This document shows, one piece after another, positions 1 through 9,280 of a stretch of 64,000 nucleotides of DNA (positions are counted from its first letter, which is position 1; every line of letters starts with the position of its first letter). Made by a program: the position numbers and the translations under genes. The stretch lies in assembly GCA_026981645.1 (NCBI GenBank), contig JALSII010000006.1, forward strand, positions 162,564-226,563, in the 5' to 3' direction. The stretch is from Hyphomicrobiales bacterium (GTDB lineage Bacteria > Pseudomonadota > Alphaproteobacteria > Rhizobiales > Devosiaceae). The notes beneath the pieces were generated by a model. The model was given only the letters and a program-made list of their open reading frames with translations. It searched no databases and was not told the DNA's origin.

Positions 1-527
1 AAAAAACTCTCCAGCCCATTGCCTTCCATGCGCTCGAGCACGGCAAACGCCGCCTTAAGGTTGGACTGTCCCAGATAGGCCCATGCCTCAACCAGCAGCC
101 CCGAAATATCAATAAAACTATCAAGCCCCAAGGTTTCCATCTGCCTGATAGCTGAAGAATAACGGCGCTCTTTGAGGGCAACCGTTGCCACCAGCAATTT
201 TGCAAGATTGTTGCCCGGCTCCAGTTCCAGCATATGGCGGGCCATGGATTCAGCTTCATCAATCCGCCCGGCTGCCGCAAGGGACGCAAAAGCACGCTCG
301 ATGATTTGAGGGCTTTCCCACTGGGTCTGCGTTGCGTCCAGAAAGGCCTGTGCCGCCATGCCGGTGCCAAGCGTACTAAGTGCCTCCTGCCCGGCAAGAA
401 AGCTGCCCGAGGGGCTAGGCGGGCCAAAATTTGCACGGTCGGATTGGGTGAAGGCTGCACCCACCGGCACCATAACAAATGCTGAACAGAATAACAGGAT
501 TGTAAACTGACGAGCTAGACGGTTCAA
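1..527 (-). CDS. secreted TPR-like helical-repeat protein; only the N-terminal ~175 codons are in the window
   Basis: Reverse-strand frame opening with TTG at 527. It gives a signal-peptide-like N-terminus (LNRLARQFTILLFCSAFVMVPVGAAFTQS), then Ala/Leu-rich repeat helices (AFASLAAAGRIDEAESMARHMLELEPGNNLAKLLVATVALKERRY; AWAYLGQSNLKAAFAVLERM). The frame stays open to base 1. It is not listed in the ORF track because it runs off the window. Confidence 0.5.
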   Translation of the reverse strand, partial: MNRLARQFTILLFCSAFVMVPVGAAFTQSDRANFGPPSPSGSFLAGQEALSTLGTGMAAQAFLDATQTQWESPQIIERAFASLAAAGRIDEAESMARHMLELEPGNNLAKLLVATVALKERRYSSAIRQMETLGLDSFIDISGLLVEAWAYLGQSNLKAAFAVLERMEGNGLESF

Positions 528-773
528 TTTGAGTACTCTTTTTTCTTCGGAATGGAGCAGGTGAGGCGCGCCGGGTCGGTTTGCTGAACAAGATTGGCGA
601 ATTTGCGACAGGGCCGCAAGAGCCGATCACCTAAGTGTCAACAAAAGTCGTCCGCTTTTGGTTGATCTGCTTGCTTTTGAAGGTTCATATGGTCACTTCT
701 GCTGCCCAGAGTGATAAAATACCCCTGCCAATTGACAAGCATGTGCTGACAACAGCCTAGGCAATATGGAATA

Positions 774-1667
774 GTGGCCACCATGACGGCCAGTAAACCA
801 CCAAATCAGGACCAGGACAGCCCGGAACAACTGCTTGCCCTGCTCAAATGGTATCGGGCGGCGGGAGTTGACTTGGGCGTAGGCGACAAGCCAATTGACC
901 GGTTTGCGCATGCTCACATGTCGGCGACTTCTGTAAAATCTGAATCGCATTCCACGCCCCCATCCCTGCCCGGACAGGCTTTTGCACCCAGGCCGGTGTC
1001 AACCTCTCAAAGTGCACCCGCCCCTGCCCCGCAAGCAACCAACGCGGATCCGGAAGAGGCTGAGAAGTTGGCGCAAGGGGCCGGCAGTCTGGACGAGTTG
1101 CGGAAACGCCTTGAAAAATACGAGGGGTGCGGTCTGAAATTGCGAGCCACGCAGATGGTATTTGCCGATGGGAACCCGCAAGCAAAAATCATGCTTATCG
1201 GGGAGGCGCCGGGGCGCGACGAGGATTTACAGGGCAAACCGTTCGTAGGCCGCTCGGGCCAGCTGCTGGATCGGATGCTTTACGCTATCGGGCTAGACCG
1301 GACATCGGTCTATATTGCCAATACGGTTCCCTGGCGACCTCCGGGAAACCGCACACCCTCCCCCCTTGAAATCAGCCTTTGCATGCCCTTTCTTGTGCGC
1401 CAGGTGGAACTTGTTGCGCCCAAAATTATTGTCACACTGGGTGCGGCGGCAACCCAGACCATGTTTGGCGAGAAGCTCTCCATACTCAAGACGCGCGGGC
1501 GCTGGAGGGATATAAAAGTGGGTGCCCATGCCGCAAAAGCCATGCCAACGCTGCATCCGGCATTCCTGCTGCGTCAGCCAGTGCAAAAGCGTCAGGCCTG
1601 GCAGGATATGCTTGCGATTGCGACCTTAGCGGAGGAGATGGGATTAAGCGGAGGGGATAGCGACTAG
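774..1667 (+). CDS. uracil-DNA glycosylase, family 4, with a long N-terminal extension
   Basis: 297-aa ORF. The C-terminal half carries the family-4 UDG signature [27 protein letters not shown] and HPAFLLRQP. The first ~110 aa are Pro/Ala/Ser-rich. Start is GTG 774 or ATG 783. Confidence 0.88.
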   Translation: MATMTASKPPNQDQDSPEQLLALLKWYRAAGVDLGVGDKPIDRFAHAHMSATSVKSESHSTPPSLPGQAFAPRPVSTSQSAPAPAPQATNADPEEAEKLAQGAGSLDELRKRLEKYEGCGLKLRATQMVFADGNPQAKIMLIGEAPGRDEDLQGKPFVGRSGQLLDRMLYAIGLDRTSVYIANTVPWRPPGNRTPSPLEISLCMPFLVRQVELVAPKIIVTLGAAATQTMFGEKLSILKTRGRWRDIKVGAHAAKAMPTLHPAFLLRQPVQKRQAWQDMLAIATLAEEMGLSGGDSD

Positions 1668-1783
1668 GGCGCTTGTTATGCATTGAAACCCGCATAAATC
1701 CCTGTCCTTTATTGCGTCCCTGCCTTTCCCGGTATACGGCTTGAAGATATCCCCGGTGCAGCGGAGTTCAAAGTCAGCCTCCC

Positions 1784-3052
1784 ATGTCCAGCATATTGAA
1801 AATTCAAGCGCTTTTCCTGTCCTCGGCATTATTGATGTTCGGGGGTGGCTTGCAGGGTCTTTTGCTTTCCGTTCGCGGTGCTGACGAAGGGTTTTCGATT
1901 TTTTCGCTGGGCCTGATTGGTACCGGCTGGTCGGTGGGCTTCATTGCCGGATCGATAATGGTGCCGATGCTGGTGCGCCGGGTTGGCCATATCCGCTCCT
2001 ATTCGGTGATGGCGGCAGTGGGCACCATAACCATATTGCTCAATCTGTTATGGATAAGCGACATTGGCTGGATAGTCCTGCGGATCTTTTCGGGGTTTTG
2101 TTTTTCCGGCGCTGCAATGATTGTTGAAAGCTGGCTCAACGAAACCGCCGAGAACAAAAACCGGGGCACCATTTTTTCCACCTATGTGATGATCAATATG
2201 GCCGCCTCGACCCTGGGGCAATTGTCCATGTCTGTTACCGGGATCTCGGGCTTCCTCCCGTTTGTTGTGGGTGCGCTGGCCCTGACAACCGCCATGCTGC
2301 CCACGGCCCTGACGACCAAACCCCAGCCCCGTCCCCTCGCCTCAGCCAGGATAAATATCAGGCTGCTGATCCGCACCTCACCCATCGCGGTTATGGCCAG
2401 TTTTTGTGTGGGTATAGCCAATGGCACCTTCGGAACGCTGGCGCCGGTTTTTGGTTTCCTGCAGGGGTTGGGCGCCGCAGACATTGCCCAGATGATGAGT
2501 GTTGCCATCATCATGGGAGCGATTTCTCAGGTTCCTTTCGGGCGACTGTCGGACAGTGTTGACCGGCGCTGGGTCATTATTGGAACCAGCCTGCTGGCCG
2601 CCACGGTTGGCCTGGTGATGGTGTTGGTGAACCCCTGGGTGGGGTGGCCACTTTATGTCTTGTTCGGGCTCTATGGTTTTTCGGCCTACCCCATTTATGC
2701 GGTGGCGGTGGCGCACGCCAATGATTCGGCGGCCGAAGGCGACTTCTCGACCGTTGCGGCAGGCATGCTGCTCACCCTTGGCTGCGGTCTGGCTGTCGGC
2801 CCCATCATTGCGGCTCTGGTGATGAGCCAGATGCAGCCGGTCTCCCTGTTTCTGGTGACCGCCGGTTTTCACGCCTTGCTCGCAGTTCTTGCTTTTATCC
2901 GCATGCAAGTCCGTCCGGTCGATATGGATGAGGACCGTTCTCCCTTCCTTAACGTGCCCATGGGCAAGAACACCACCCTGGCAACCGTGGCTCTTGATCC
3001 GCGTGCCGATGATCTTTCCCCCTCTCCCACCAAAACTGGAGAAAAGACCTGA
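1784..3052 (+). CDS. MFS transporter
   Basis: 422-aa ORF made almost entirely of hydrophobic helices (about 12), with a basic loop after TM2 (VRRVGHIRSY) typical of the major facilitator superfamily. Confidence 0.82.
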   Translation: MSSILKIQALFLSSALLMFGGGLQGLLLSVRGADEGFSIFSLGLIGTGWSVGFIAGSIMVPMLVRRVGHIRSYSVMAAVGTITILLNLLWISDIGWIVLRIFSGFCFSGAAMIVESWLNETAENKNRGTIFSTYVMINMAASTLGQLSMSVTGISGFLPFVVGALALTTAMLPTALTTKPQPRPLASARINIRLLIRTSPIAVMASFCVGIANGTFGTLAPVFGFLQGLGAADIAQMMSVAIIMGAISQVPFGRLSDSVDRRWVIIGTSLLAATVGLVMVLVNPWVGWPLYVLFGLYGFSAYPIYAVAVAHANDSAAEGDFSTVAAGMLLTLGCGLAVGPIIAALVMSQMQPVSLFLVTAGFHALLAVLAFIRMQVRPVDMDEDRSPFLNVPMGKNTTLATVALDPRADDLSPSPTKTGEKT

Positions 3053-3606
3053 TGTTTCCTTCAAAAACCAACGAAGACAAAGAATTTGTCTCCCTTAACA
3101 TCGCAGTACTGGCTGTTTCGGACACCCGCACCCTTGAAACCGATACCAGTGGTGCCTTGCTCAAGGAGATGATTGAAGCGGACGGACACACCTGTGCCGA
3201 GCGTGCAATTGTCAAGGACAATGTGGCCGCCATCCGCGCCTGGGTGCAGGCATGGGTCGCCGATGACGGGGTTGATGTGGTCATCACCACCGGAGGCACC
3301 GGTTTTTCAGGATTTGATGTGACCCCCGAAGCGGTAGAACCCTTGTTCGATAAACGTATGGATGGATTTTCGGTGCTGTTCCACTCCTATTCATCGACCA
3401 AAATCGGCACTTCAACACTCTTGTCCCGTGCGACCGCTGGCCTGGCGGCAACAACCTTCATTTTCTGTCTGCCCGGCTCCAAAGGGGCCTGCCGCGACGG
3501 GTGGGAGGGCATTATCCGCCACCAGCTCGATTATCGGCACGGGCCGTGCAATTTTGTCGAACTGATGCCGCGGCTTGGTGAGCACATGAAAAAGCAGAAA
3601 AGTTAG
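3052..3606 (+). CDS. moaB: molybdenum cofactor biosynthesis protein B
   Basis: 184 aa. It aligns by eye along its whole length to E. coli MoaB (IAVLAVSDTR...DTSG...ITTGGTGFSGFDVTPEA...GTSTLLSRA.AG...CLPGSKGACRDGWEGII..QLD....PCNF). The ATG overlaps the MFS stop (TGATG). Confidence 0.9.
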   Translation: MFPSKTNEDKEFVSLNIAVLAVSDTRTLETDTSGALLKEMIEADGHTCAERAIVKDNVAAIRAWVQAWVADDGVDVVITTGGTGFSGFDVTPEAVEPLFDKRMDGFSVLFHSYSSTKIGTSTLLSRATAGLAATTFIFCLPGSKGACRDGWEGIIRHQLDYRHGPCNFVELMPRLGEHMKKQKS

Positions 3607-3639
3607 CTTTGTTCTTCCTTTGTTCTTCCTTTGTTCTGT
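3607..3639. repeat. three tandem copies of an 11-nt unit (CTTTGTTCTTC, third copy degenerate)
   Basis: Read directly: ctttgttcttc ctttgttcttc ctttgttctgt, immediately after the moaB stop codon. Confidence 0.85.
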
Positions 3640-3710
3640 TTTCTGACCTATATTCCGGTCCACTGAAATTGCGGTTTTGATTCGAAATCGCTGCGACCGG
3701 GAGAAAAATC

Positions 3711-4856
3711 ATGGGTCCAAGTGTTGCGCCCTCATTTGAAACCATAGAGCGTTTGGCAGGCAGCCGGGATGCGGATGTGCTGCACCGGCCTCTGGTGAAC
3801 CCCAAATTTAATCGCGGGCGCGGCGCACAAAGCAATCTGAGCGGCAGGTATGAAGCAACCCGGCGCGAGGTGTTTCACGATGGCTGGTCTGAGGACCCGG
3901 TTTTGCCGTTTGAGACGGTGGAGCATCTGGAGCGGGGGCAAAGCATCATCACCCGCAATTCTTCCCCTGACCTGCATTTTGACCGGTCCATAAATCCCTA
4001 TCGGGGCTGTGCCCATGGCTGTTCTTATTGTTTTGCACGCCCGACCCATGCCTATCTTGGCCATTCTGCCGGCATTGATTTTGAGCGCGATATTTACATC
4101 AAAACCAATGCGGTTGAGTTGTTGCGCCGGGAACTTTCCCACACACGATACAAGCCAAGGCTTCTGGCGATCGGCACTAATACAGATGCCTACCAGCCGC
4201 TTGAGCGCAAGCACAAAATCATGCGTGGACTGCTTGAGGTTTTGGCTGAAACACGCCATCCGGTAACAATCACCACCAAATCGGCACTTATCGTGCGCGA
4301 TCTTGATCTGCTTACACAGTTGGCAAAAGACAATCTGGTCTCGGTGGCCGTTTCTGTGACTTCAATGGACCACAGGCTCTCGCGCTGGATGGAGCCGCGC
4401 GCCTCTACACCGGCAAAGCGACTGGAAGCCATTCGCCTGCTCTCTGAGGCTGGTATTCCCACTCATGTGCTGGCTGCTCCGATGATCCCGGCCATCAATG
4501 ATATGGAGCTGGAGCGCATTCTTGAAGCGGCGGCGGCCCAGGGCGCTATTGGCGCCAGTTTCATCATGCTCAGGTTGCCCGGGGAAGTGAAGGACATCTT
4601 TAGAGAATGGCTTTTGCGTTATTATCCCAACAAAATGTCCCATGTGCTCAACCTCATTCGCGATGTACGGGGGGGACGTGAAAATGATCCCCGTTTTGGC
4701 ACCCGCATGCGGGGACAGGGGGCCTATGCGGTCATCATGGAACAACGTTTTGTTCGAGCTGCCGAGCGATTGGGCCTGAACACCAAGCCTCCGGTTTTAA
4801 GGAATGATCTGTTTGCTGCGCCTGTAATTGAAAGCAATCAGCTCAGCCTGTTTTAG
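3711..4856 (+). CDS. radical SAM protein (PA0069/SplB-like, COG1533-type)
   Basis: 381 aa with N-terminal NRGRGAQSNLSGRYE and the CxxxCxxC cluster CAHGCSYCFARP. This architecture is typical of the 'DNA repair photolyase-like' radical SAM family, whose substrate is unknown. Confidence 0.82.
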   Translation: MGPSVAPSFETIERLAGSRDADVLHRPLVNPKFNRGRGAQSNLSGRYEATRREVFHDGWSEDPVLPFETVEHLERGQSIITRNSSPDLHFDRSINPYRGCAHGCSYCFARPTHAYLGHSAGIDFERDIYIKTNAVELLRRELSHTRYKPRLLAIGTNTDAYQPLERKHKIMRGLLEVLAETRHPVTITTKSALIVRDLDLLTQLAKDNLVSVAVSVTSMDHRLSRWMEPRASTPAKRLEAIRLLSEAGIPTHVLAAPMIPAINDMELERILEAAAAQGAIGASFIMLRLPGEVKDIFREWLLRYYPNKMSHVLNLIRDVRGGRENDPRFGTRMRGQGAYAVIMEQRFVRAAERLGLNTKPPVLRNDLFAAPVIESNQLSLF

Positions 4857-4908
4857 AGCCTGACAATGCAGGGCTTGTGTTTGATCCTGTTGCGGGCAAG
4901 CTTGTGCC

Positions 4909-5562
4909 ATGACACACGCTGATTCCTCAGGTAGAGAACCTGCTTCCGGCCCGGATTTTATTCTTGAACGCGAACTGATGGCACAGGGTTTTGCCCATGT
5001 TGCCGGGATCGACGAAGCCGGGCGCGGACCGCTGGCTGGTCCGGTGGTGGTGGCGGCAGTTATACTTGACCCCGAGAATATTCCAGACGGGCTGAACGAT
5101 TCCAAAAAGCTGAGCGCAAAAAGGCGGGAGGCCATTTTTGAGCAAATTATTCTGTGCGCCAGAATAACAATCGTCAGTGCACCACCGGAAACAATCGAAA
5201 ACCTCAACATACGCGGCGCAACCCTTTGGGCCATGGCCAAAGCTGCCAGCAGCCTTTCCCTGCCACCCGATTATGCCCTTGTGGACGGGCGCGATGTTCC
5301 TGGCACGATGCCTTGTCCTGCAAAAGCTATCATCAAGGGCGACGGTCGCTCTCTTTCCATTGCCGCGGCATCGATCGTGGCAAAGGTCATACGCGACCAT
5401 ATGTGTACAATCATGGATGCTGATGCGCCAAGATACGGTTTTTCCTCGCACAAGGGCTATGGCTCGACCCAGCACATGGCAGCACTTCACTCCCTTGGCG
5501 CATCGGCCCATCATCGGGCCTTGTTTGCCCCGGTTGCAGCAGCTCTTGCTTTGGAAAAATAG
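4909..5562 (+). CDS. rnhB: ribonuclease HII
   Basis: 217 aa with the catalytic motif GIDEAGRGPLAGPVVVAAV, DSKKLS and the C-terminal SHKGYGS. Confidence 0.95.
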   Translation: MTHADSSGREPASGPDFILERELMAQGFAHVAGIDEAGRGPLAGPVVVAAVILDPENIPDGLNDSKKLSAKRREAIFEQIILCARITIVSAPPETIENLNIRGATLWAMAKAASSLSLPPDYALVDGRDVPGTMPCPAKAIIKGDGRSLSIAAASIVAKVIRDHMCTIMDADAPRYGFSSHKGYGSTQHMAALHSLGASAHHRALFAPVAAALALEK

Positions 5563-6462
5563 TCATTTCCGCGCACGTTGGGCCATAATTGTAATGCCAA
5601 TAGCCAGGGCGATTATTCCGGCACCCGCCCAGGTGGTCGCGTTATAAGTCTCTCCCAGGAACAGGGTTGCTGCGATCAGGGCAACAGCGGCACCAACGTA
5701 ACCAATCTGGCTGAGCAGCACGGGGCCTCCATAATACTGCAGGCGAAAATAGACCGGAAAGGTGAGCCCACCCACCAGTATTTGAAACAAGGCAGGTGTT
5801 GTCACCCCGGAGAGACGAACGAACGCTGAAAGGCCATCGCTCATAACGACCAGTACCAGCAATATTGCCGCAGAAAAGAGGTGGCTCCAGAATGCCAGAT
5901 TGTCCGGGGATAGATTTTCCGGCCAAGCAAGCGTGCGATAGATATTTCCGCAGGCCAGCGTCATAGGTATCAGGAGTGCTGCCAATATCCAGATGAGTTC
6001 CACCTCCTCCCTGCCAGACTGCCGCGAAAAGGCGACGAGGCCAGCGCCGACAAATCCAATTGCAATTCCCAGAATTCCGAGCTTGTCGGGCGCTTTAATT
6101 CTGAACAGAAGCGAAAGCGCCAAAGTGAAAACCGGAGACATGGCAAACATCAAGCCGATATAACCGGATCCGGTTCGCGGGATGAGAAAAAAAACGAGCA
6201 GCGGGGCAGAAACAAATGTAATAAGGCCGGAAACAATCGCGTACCCTGCTTCACCAGCGCTCAGGAACGAAAAGGTACCGTGCGCAATCAATAGAGGCAG
6301 AAGCACCATGAGCGCACCCAGTGATATTATGAACGCCCAGACAATGGGAGAAACCCCTGCATCCCCGGCGAGTTTACCCAAAGGAAAGTTAAGGCCGATA
6401 AGAAAACCGGTTGTGAGAAGAAGAAAAACAGAGTGCTTGAATAGTTTCTGAAAATCAATCAA
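5563..6462 (-). CDS. DMT-superfamily (EamA-like) transporter
   Basis: 299 aa with about 10 hydrophobic helices in two halves. The TTG start overlaps the stop of the upstream gene (TTGA). Its stop abuts the rnhB stop. Confidence 0.82.
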   Translation of the reverse strand: MIDFQKLFKHSVFLLLTTGFLIGLNFPLGKLAGDAGVSPIVWAFIISLGALMVLLPLLIAHGTFSFLSAGEAGYAIVSGLITFVSAPLLVFFLIPRTGSGYIGLMFAMSPVFTLALSLLFRIKAPDKLGILGIAIGFVGAGLVAFSRQSGREEVELIWILAALLIPMTLACGNIYRTLAWPENLSPDNLAFWSHLFSAAILLVLVVMSDGLSAFVRLSGVTTPALFQILVGGLTFPVYFRLQYYGGPVLLSQIGYVGAAVALIAATLFLGETYNATTWAGAGIIALAIGITIMAQRARK

Positions 6463-6998
6463 CTATCATTCCCTTCCTGGTCAAAACCTGTCTGCATGCC
6501 ATCCAGGCTTCCAGCAATCAGGTGTTCCTGCGCCGGTCGTATCAAAAGCTCAATTGCTGCTGCAGAAATTTCGGTATGACTTAACCATCTTCTCCCTCGT
6601 GAAGTTTTTATCCATCCCAGTATCAGGTTTTGCCTGAGGACCTCTGGTGATAACGGGCCGTTTCGTAAATGCAGTTCGCGCGCGTCCATGGCAGTTGATC
6701 CATGAACGCGGATTGAGCGTCCCTCTGTGGTAAGCAGTCTTTCCAGATGCTGCACAAGCCAGAGCCCGTCCTGGTGGAGCCAGGTCAGCAAGAGATCGAA
6801 ATCAGGAAGGTCCTCAAGAGCCTCCAGCGCCTTGCTCCTCTCAGTCCAGTCCAGATGTATCGGTTGCGCATCCAATTCTTCAGCCAGCGCATGGGGATGC
6901 CTGCAAGCAAGATATAAGCTGCGGGACACACCTGCGATATAAGCACTTGCTCCGGCCAGCATTCCGGTGCCCCCGACAACCAGTACAGTCCTGAACAA
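6459..6998 (-). CDS. small Rossmann-like protein (atypical 'short-chain dehydrogenase'-like family, no YxxxK seen)
   Basis: The track ORF (to 7139) overlaps the VOC gene. A TTG at 6998, 4 nt after the VOC stop, gives LFRTVLVVGGTGMLAGASAYIAG (beta1 plus Gly-rich loop). The tail (ILGWIKTSRGRRWLSHTEISAAAIELL) resembles a short SDR-annotated family I recall from Firmicutes. The alternative ATG at 6962 would delete the beta1 strand. Confidence 0.6.
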   Translation of the reverse strand: MFRTVLVVGGTGMLAGASAYIAGVSRSLYLACRHPHALAEELDAQPIHLDWTERSKALEALEDLPDFDLLLTWLHQDGLWLVQHLERLLTTEGRSIRVHGSTAMDARELHLRNGPLSPEVLRQNLILGWIKTSRGRRWLSHTEISAAAIELLIRPAQEHLIAGSLDGMQTGFDQEGNDS

Positions 6999-7002
6999 AA
7001 AC

Positions 7003-7386
7003 CTAGAGATAGCTGACCACCTCAAACTCGATGTTATCCCGATCGTGAAAGTAGAACCGCCGGCCCGGTTCATAATCCGCATGAGATGTGGGTGTGTACC
7101 CGGCCGCTTTGACCTTTTGTTCAACCGCGTCCAGATCATCGACCACGACGCCGATATGGTTCAGCCCGCCCCTGACTGCATAGGTGTTGCCTGCCTCCAG
7201 TTGCGCTGTGCCCATCGTATAAATCGCAAGGTAAGAATGCTCGCCCCCCACATGGATGGTTTTGCCAGCGTGAATAGCACTTCCCTGCCAGCGGATGTGC
7301 CAGCCAAACAGTTCGCACAACATTTTGGCTGTTGCGTCGGGGTCGCTCACTGTGACGTTGAGGTGTTCCAAAAATGCGTTTGCCAT
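7003..7386 (-). CDS. VOC-family (glyoxalase/bleomycin-resistance/dioxygenase fold) protein
   Basis: 127 aa. It starts LEHLNVTVSDPD, has an internal LNHIGVVVDDLDAV and ends RRFYFHDRDNIEFEVVSY, which is the paired beta-alpha-beta-beta-beta module pattern. Confidence 0.82.
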   Translation of the reverse strand: MANAFLEHLNVTVSDPDATAKMLCELFGWHIRWQGSAIHAGKTIHVGGEHSYLAIYTMGTAQLEAGNTYAVRGGLNHIGVVVDDLDAVEQKVKAAGYTPTSHADYEPGRRFYFHDRDNIEFEVVSYL

Positions 7387-7464
7387 AAAATTCTCCTGTC
7401 CTGAATTTCAGACGTTCCAAGTCAAGTCCAGCAAAGGCGATTGAATTGACGCGGGACTGTCCAA

Positions 7465-7495
7465 CTTGTAATTCCTCAACCTAACTTGAGGTCAA
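7465..7495 (-). promoter_or_regulatory. SoxR-dependent promoter: -35 TTGACC, 19-nt spacer, -10 TACAAG (read on the minus strand)
   Basis: The minus strand reads TTGACC TCAAGTTAGGTTGAGGAAT TACAAG. The over-long 19-nt spacer contains the SoxR palindrome, the same layout as the E. coli soxS promoter as I recall it. Confidence 0.6.
7474..7491. promoter_or_regulatory. SoxR binding box CCTCAACCTAACTTGAGG
   Basis: 18-bp site with perfect CCTCAA/TTGAGG arms. It differs from the E. coli soxS operator CCTCAAGTTAACTTGAGG only in the central bases. It lies between divergent soxR and the VOC operon. Confidence 0.8.
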
Positions 7496-7509
7496 GGAGT
7501 TTTTTACAA

Positions 7510-7974
7510 ATGATGATTTCATCCAGAGCAGGTGGTTTGAGCATTGGTCAGATTGCGGAACGAACCGGGCTTTCGGTCTCTGCAATTCGCTATTATGAAG
7601 AACAGGGCCTGGTGAAGCCCGGGCGCAATGCCGGAGGGCAGCGGCGCTTTGAACCCGCTGATATAAGGCGACTTTCCTTTGTGATGATTACACAGGAGTT
7701 CGGATTTACCATCGAGCAAATTCGTCAACAGCTGGAAAGGCTTCCCGAGGGGCGCACGCCGAACAAACGGGACTGGGAAAAAATCAGCCGTTCTTTTCGC
7801 CATGTACTGGATGAAAAAATATATACGCTGACCCGGCTGCGCGACACTCTGGATGGCTGCATCGGATGTGGCTGTCTTTCTTTGAAGAAATGCGCCCTTT
7901 ACAACCCTGAAGACCGGGCAGCCAGGCAAGGGCCGGGACCCCGGCACCTGATGGGCAACCGCTCGGGCGGTTAA
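7510..7974 (+). CDS. soxR: redox-sensitive MerR-family activator SoxR
   Basis: MerR helix-turn-helix (LSIGQIAERTGLSVSAIRYYEEQGL) plus the diagnostic [2Fe-2S] motif CIGCGCLSLKKCALYNP. ATG 7510 sits 11 nt after AAGGAG. The track start TTG 7486 lies inside the operator. Confidence 0.9.
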   Translation: MMISSRAGGLSIGQIAERTGLSVSAIRYYEEQGLVKPGRNAGGQRRFEPADIRRLSFVMITQEFGFTIEQIRQQLERLPEGRTPNKRDWEKISRSFRHVLDEKIYTLTRLRDTLDGCIGCGCLSLKKCALYNPEDRAARQGPGPRHLMGNRSGG

Positions 7975-7986
7975 CCTTGAATTAAC
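7971..7986 (+). promoter_or_regulatory. CtrA box TTAA-N7-TTAAC upstream of ccrM
   Basis: TTAACCTTGAATTAAC is a perfect match to the CtrA consensus. It overlaps the soxR stop codon and lies ~100 nt upstream of the ccrM ATG. Further TTAAC half-sites occur at 8006 and 8030. Confidence 0.55.
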
Positions 7987-8084
7987 CATAGCTCTCAGTG
8001 CTTTGTTAACCGTGTTGCTTAGCCGGGATTTAACCCTGCCCCGTTACAAAGGCGCTGGATTAGTGTTGCGTTAGGGTTAAGTAA

Positions 8085-9221
<1,137 letters not shown>

Positions 9222-9253
9222 AACCGACCTCCATTTACTTCAGGTTACAGAGG

Positions 9254-9276
9254 GCCGCCGGATAATTTCCGGCGGT
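9254..9276. terminator. hairpin between convergent ccrM and mutY (possible bidirectional terminator)
   Basis: GCCGCCGGA-TAATT-TCCGGCGGT, followed by CTTCTTATT on the plus strand. Confidence 0.5.
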
Positions 9277-9280
9277 CTTC

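Noticed and set aside
774-1100. ~110-aa Pro/Ala/Ser-rich N-terminal extension on the family-4 UDG
   Set aside because: As far as I recall, long N-terminal extensions are usual for this UDG subgroup in alphaproteobacteria. There is no independent evidence of novelty.
2378-3064. 228-aa minus-strand ORF
   Set aside because: It is antisense to the MFS transporter gene. A His/Gly/Arg-rich shadow frame.
774-4856. Idea that the family-4 UDG and the radical SAM protein form the known 'UDG-like plus radical SAM DNA-modification/repair' gene pair
   Set aside because: They are separated by an MFS transporter and moaB. The radical SAM protein looks like the PA0069/SplB-like family, not the family normally fused or paired with UDG-like domains. 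The clustering of repair genes (UDG, rnhB) is probably coincidental.
6999-7139. N-terminal extension of track ORF 6459-7139
   Set aside because: It overlaps the 3' part of the VOC gene in another frame. A TTG at 6998 directly after the VOC stop gives a sensible Rossmann N-terminus.
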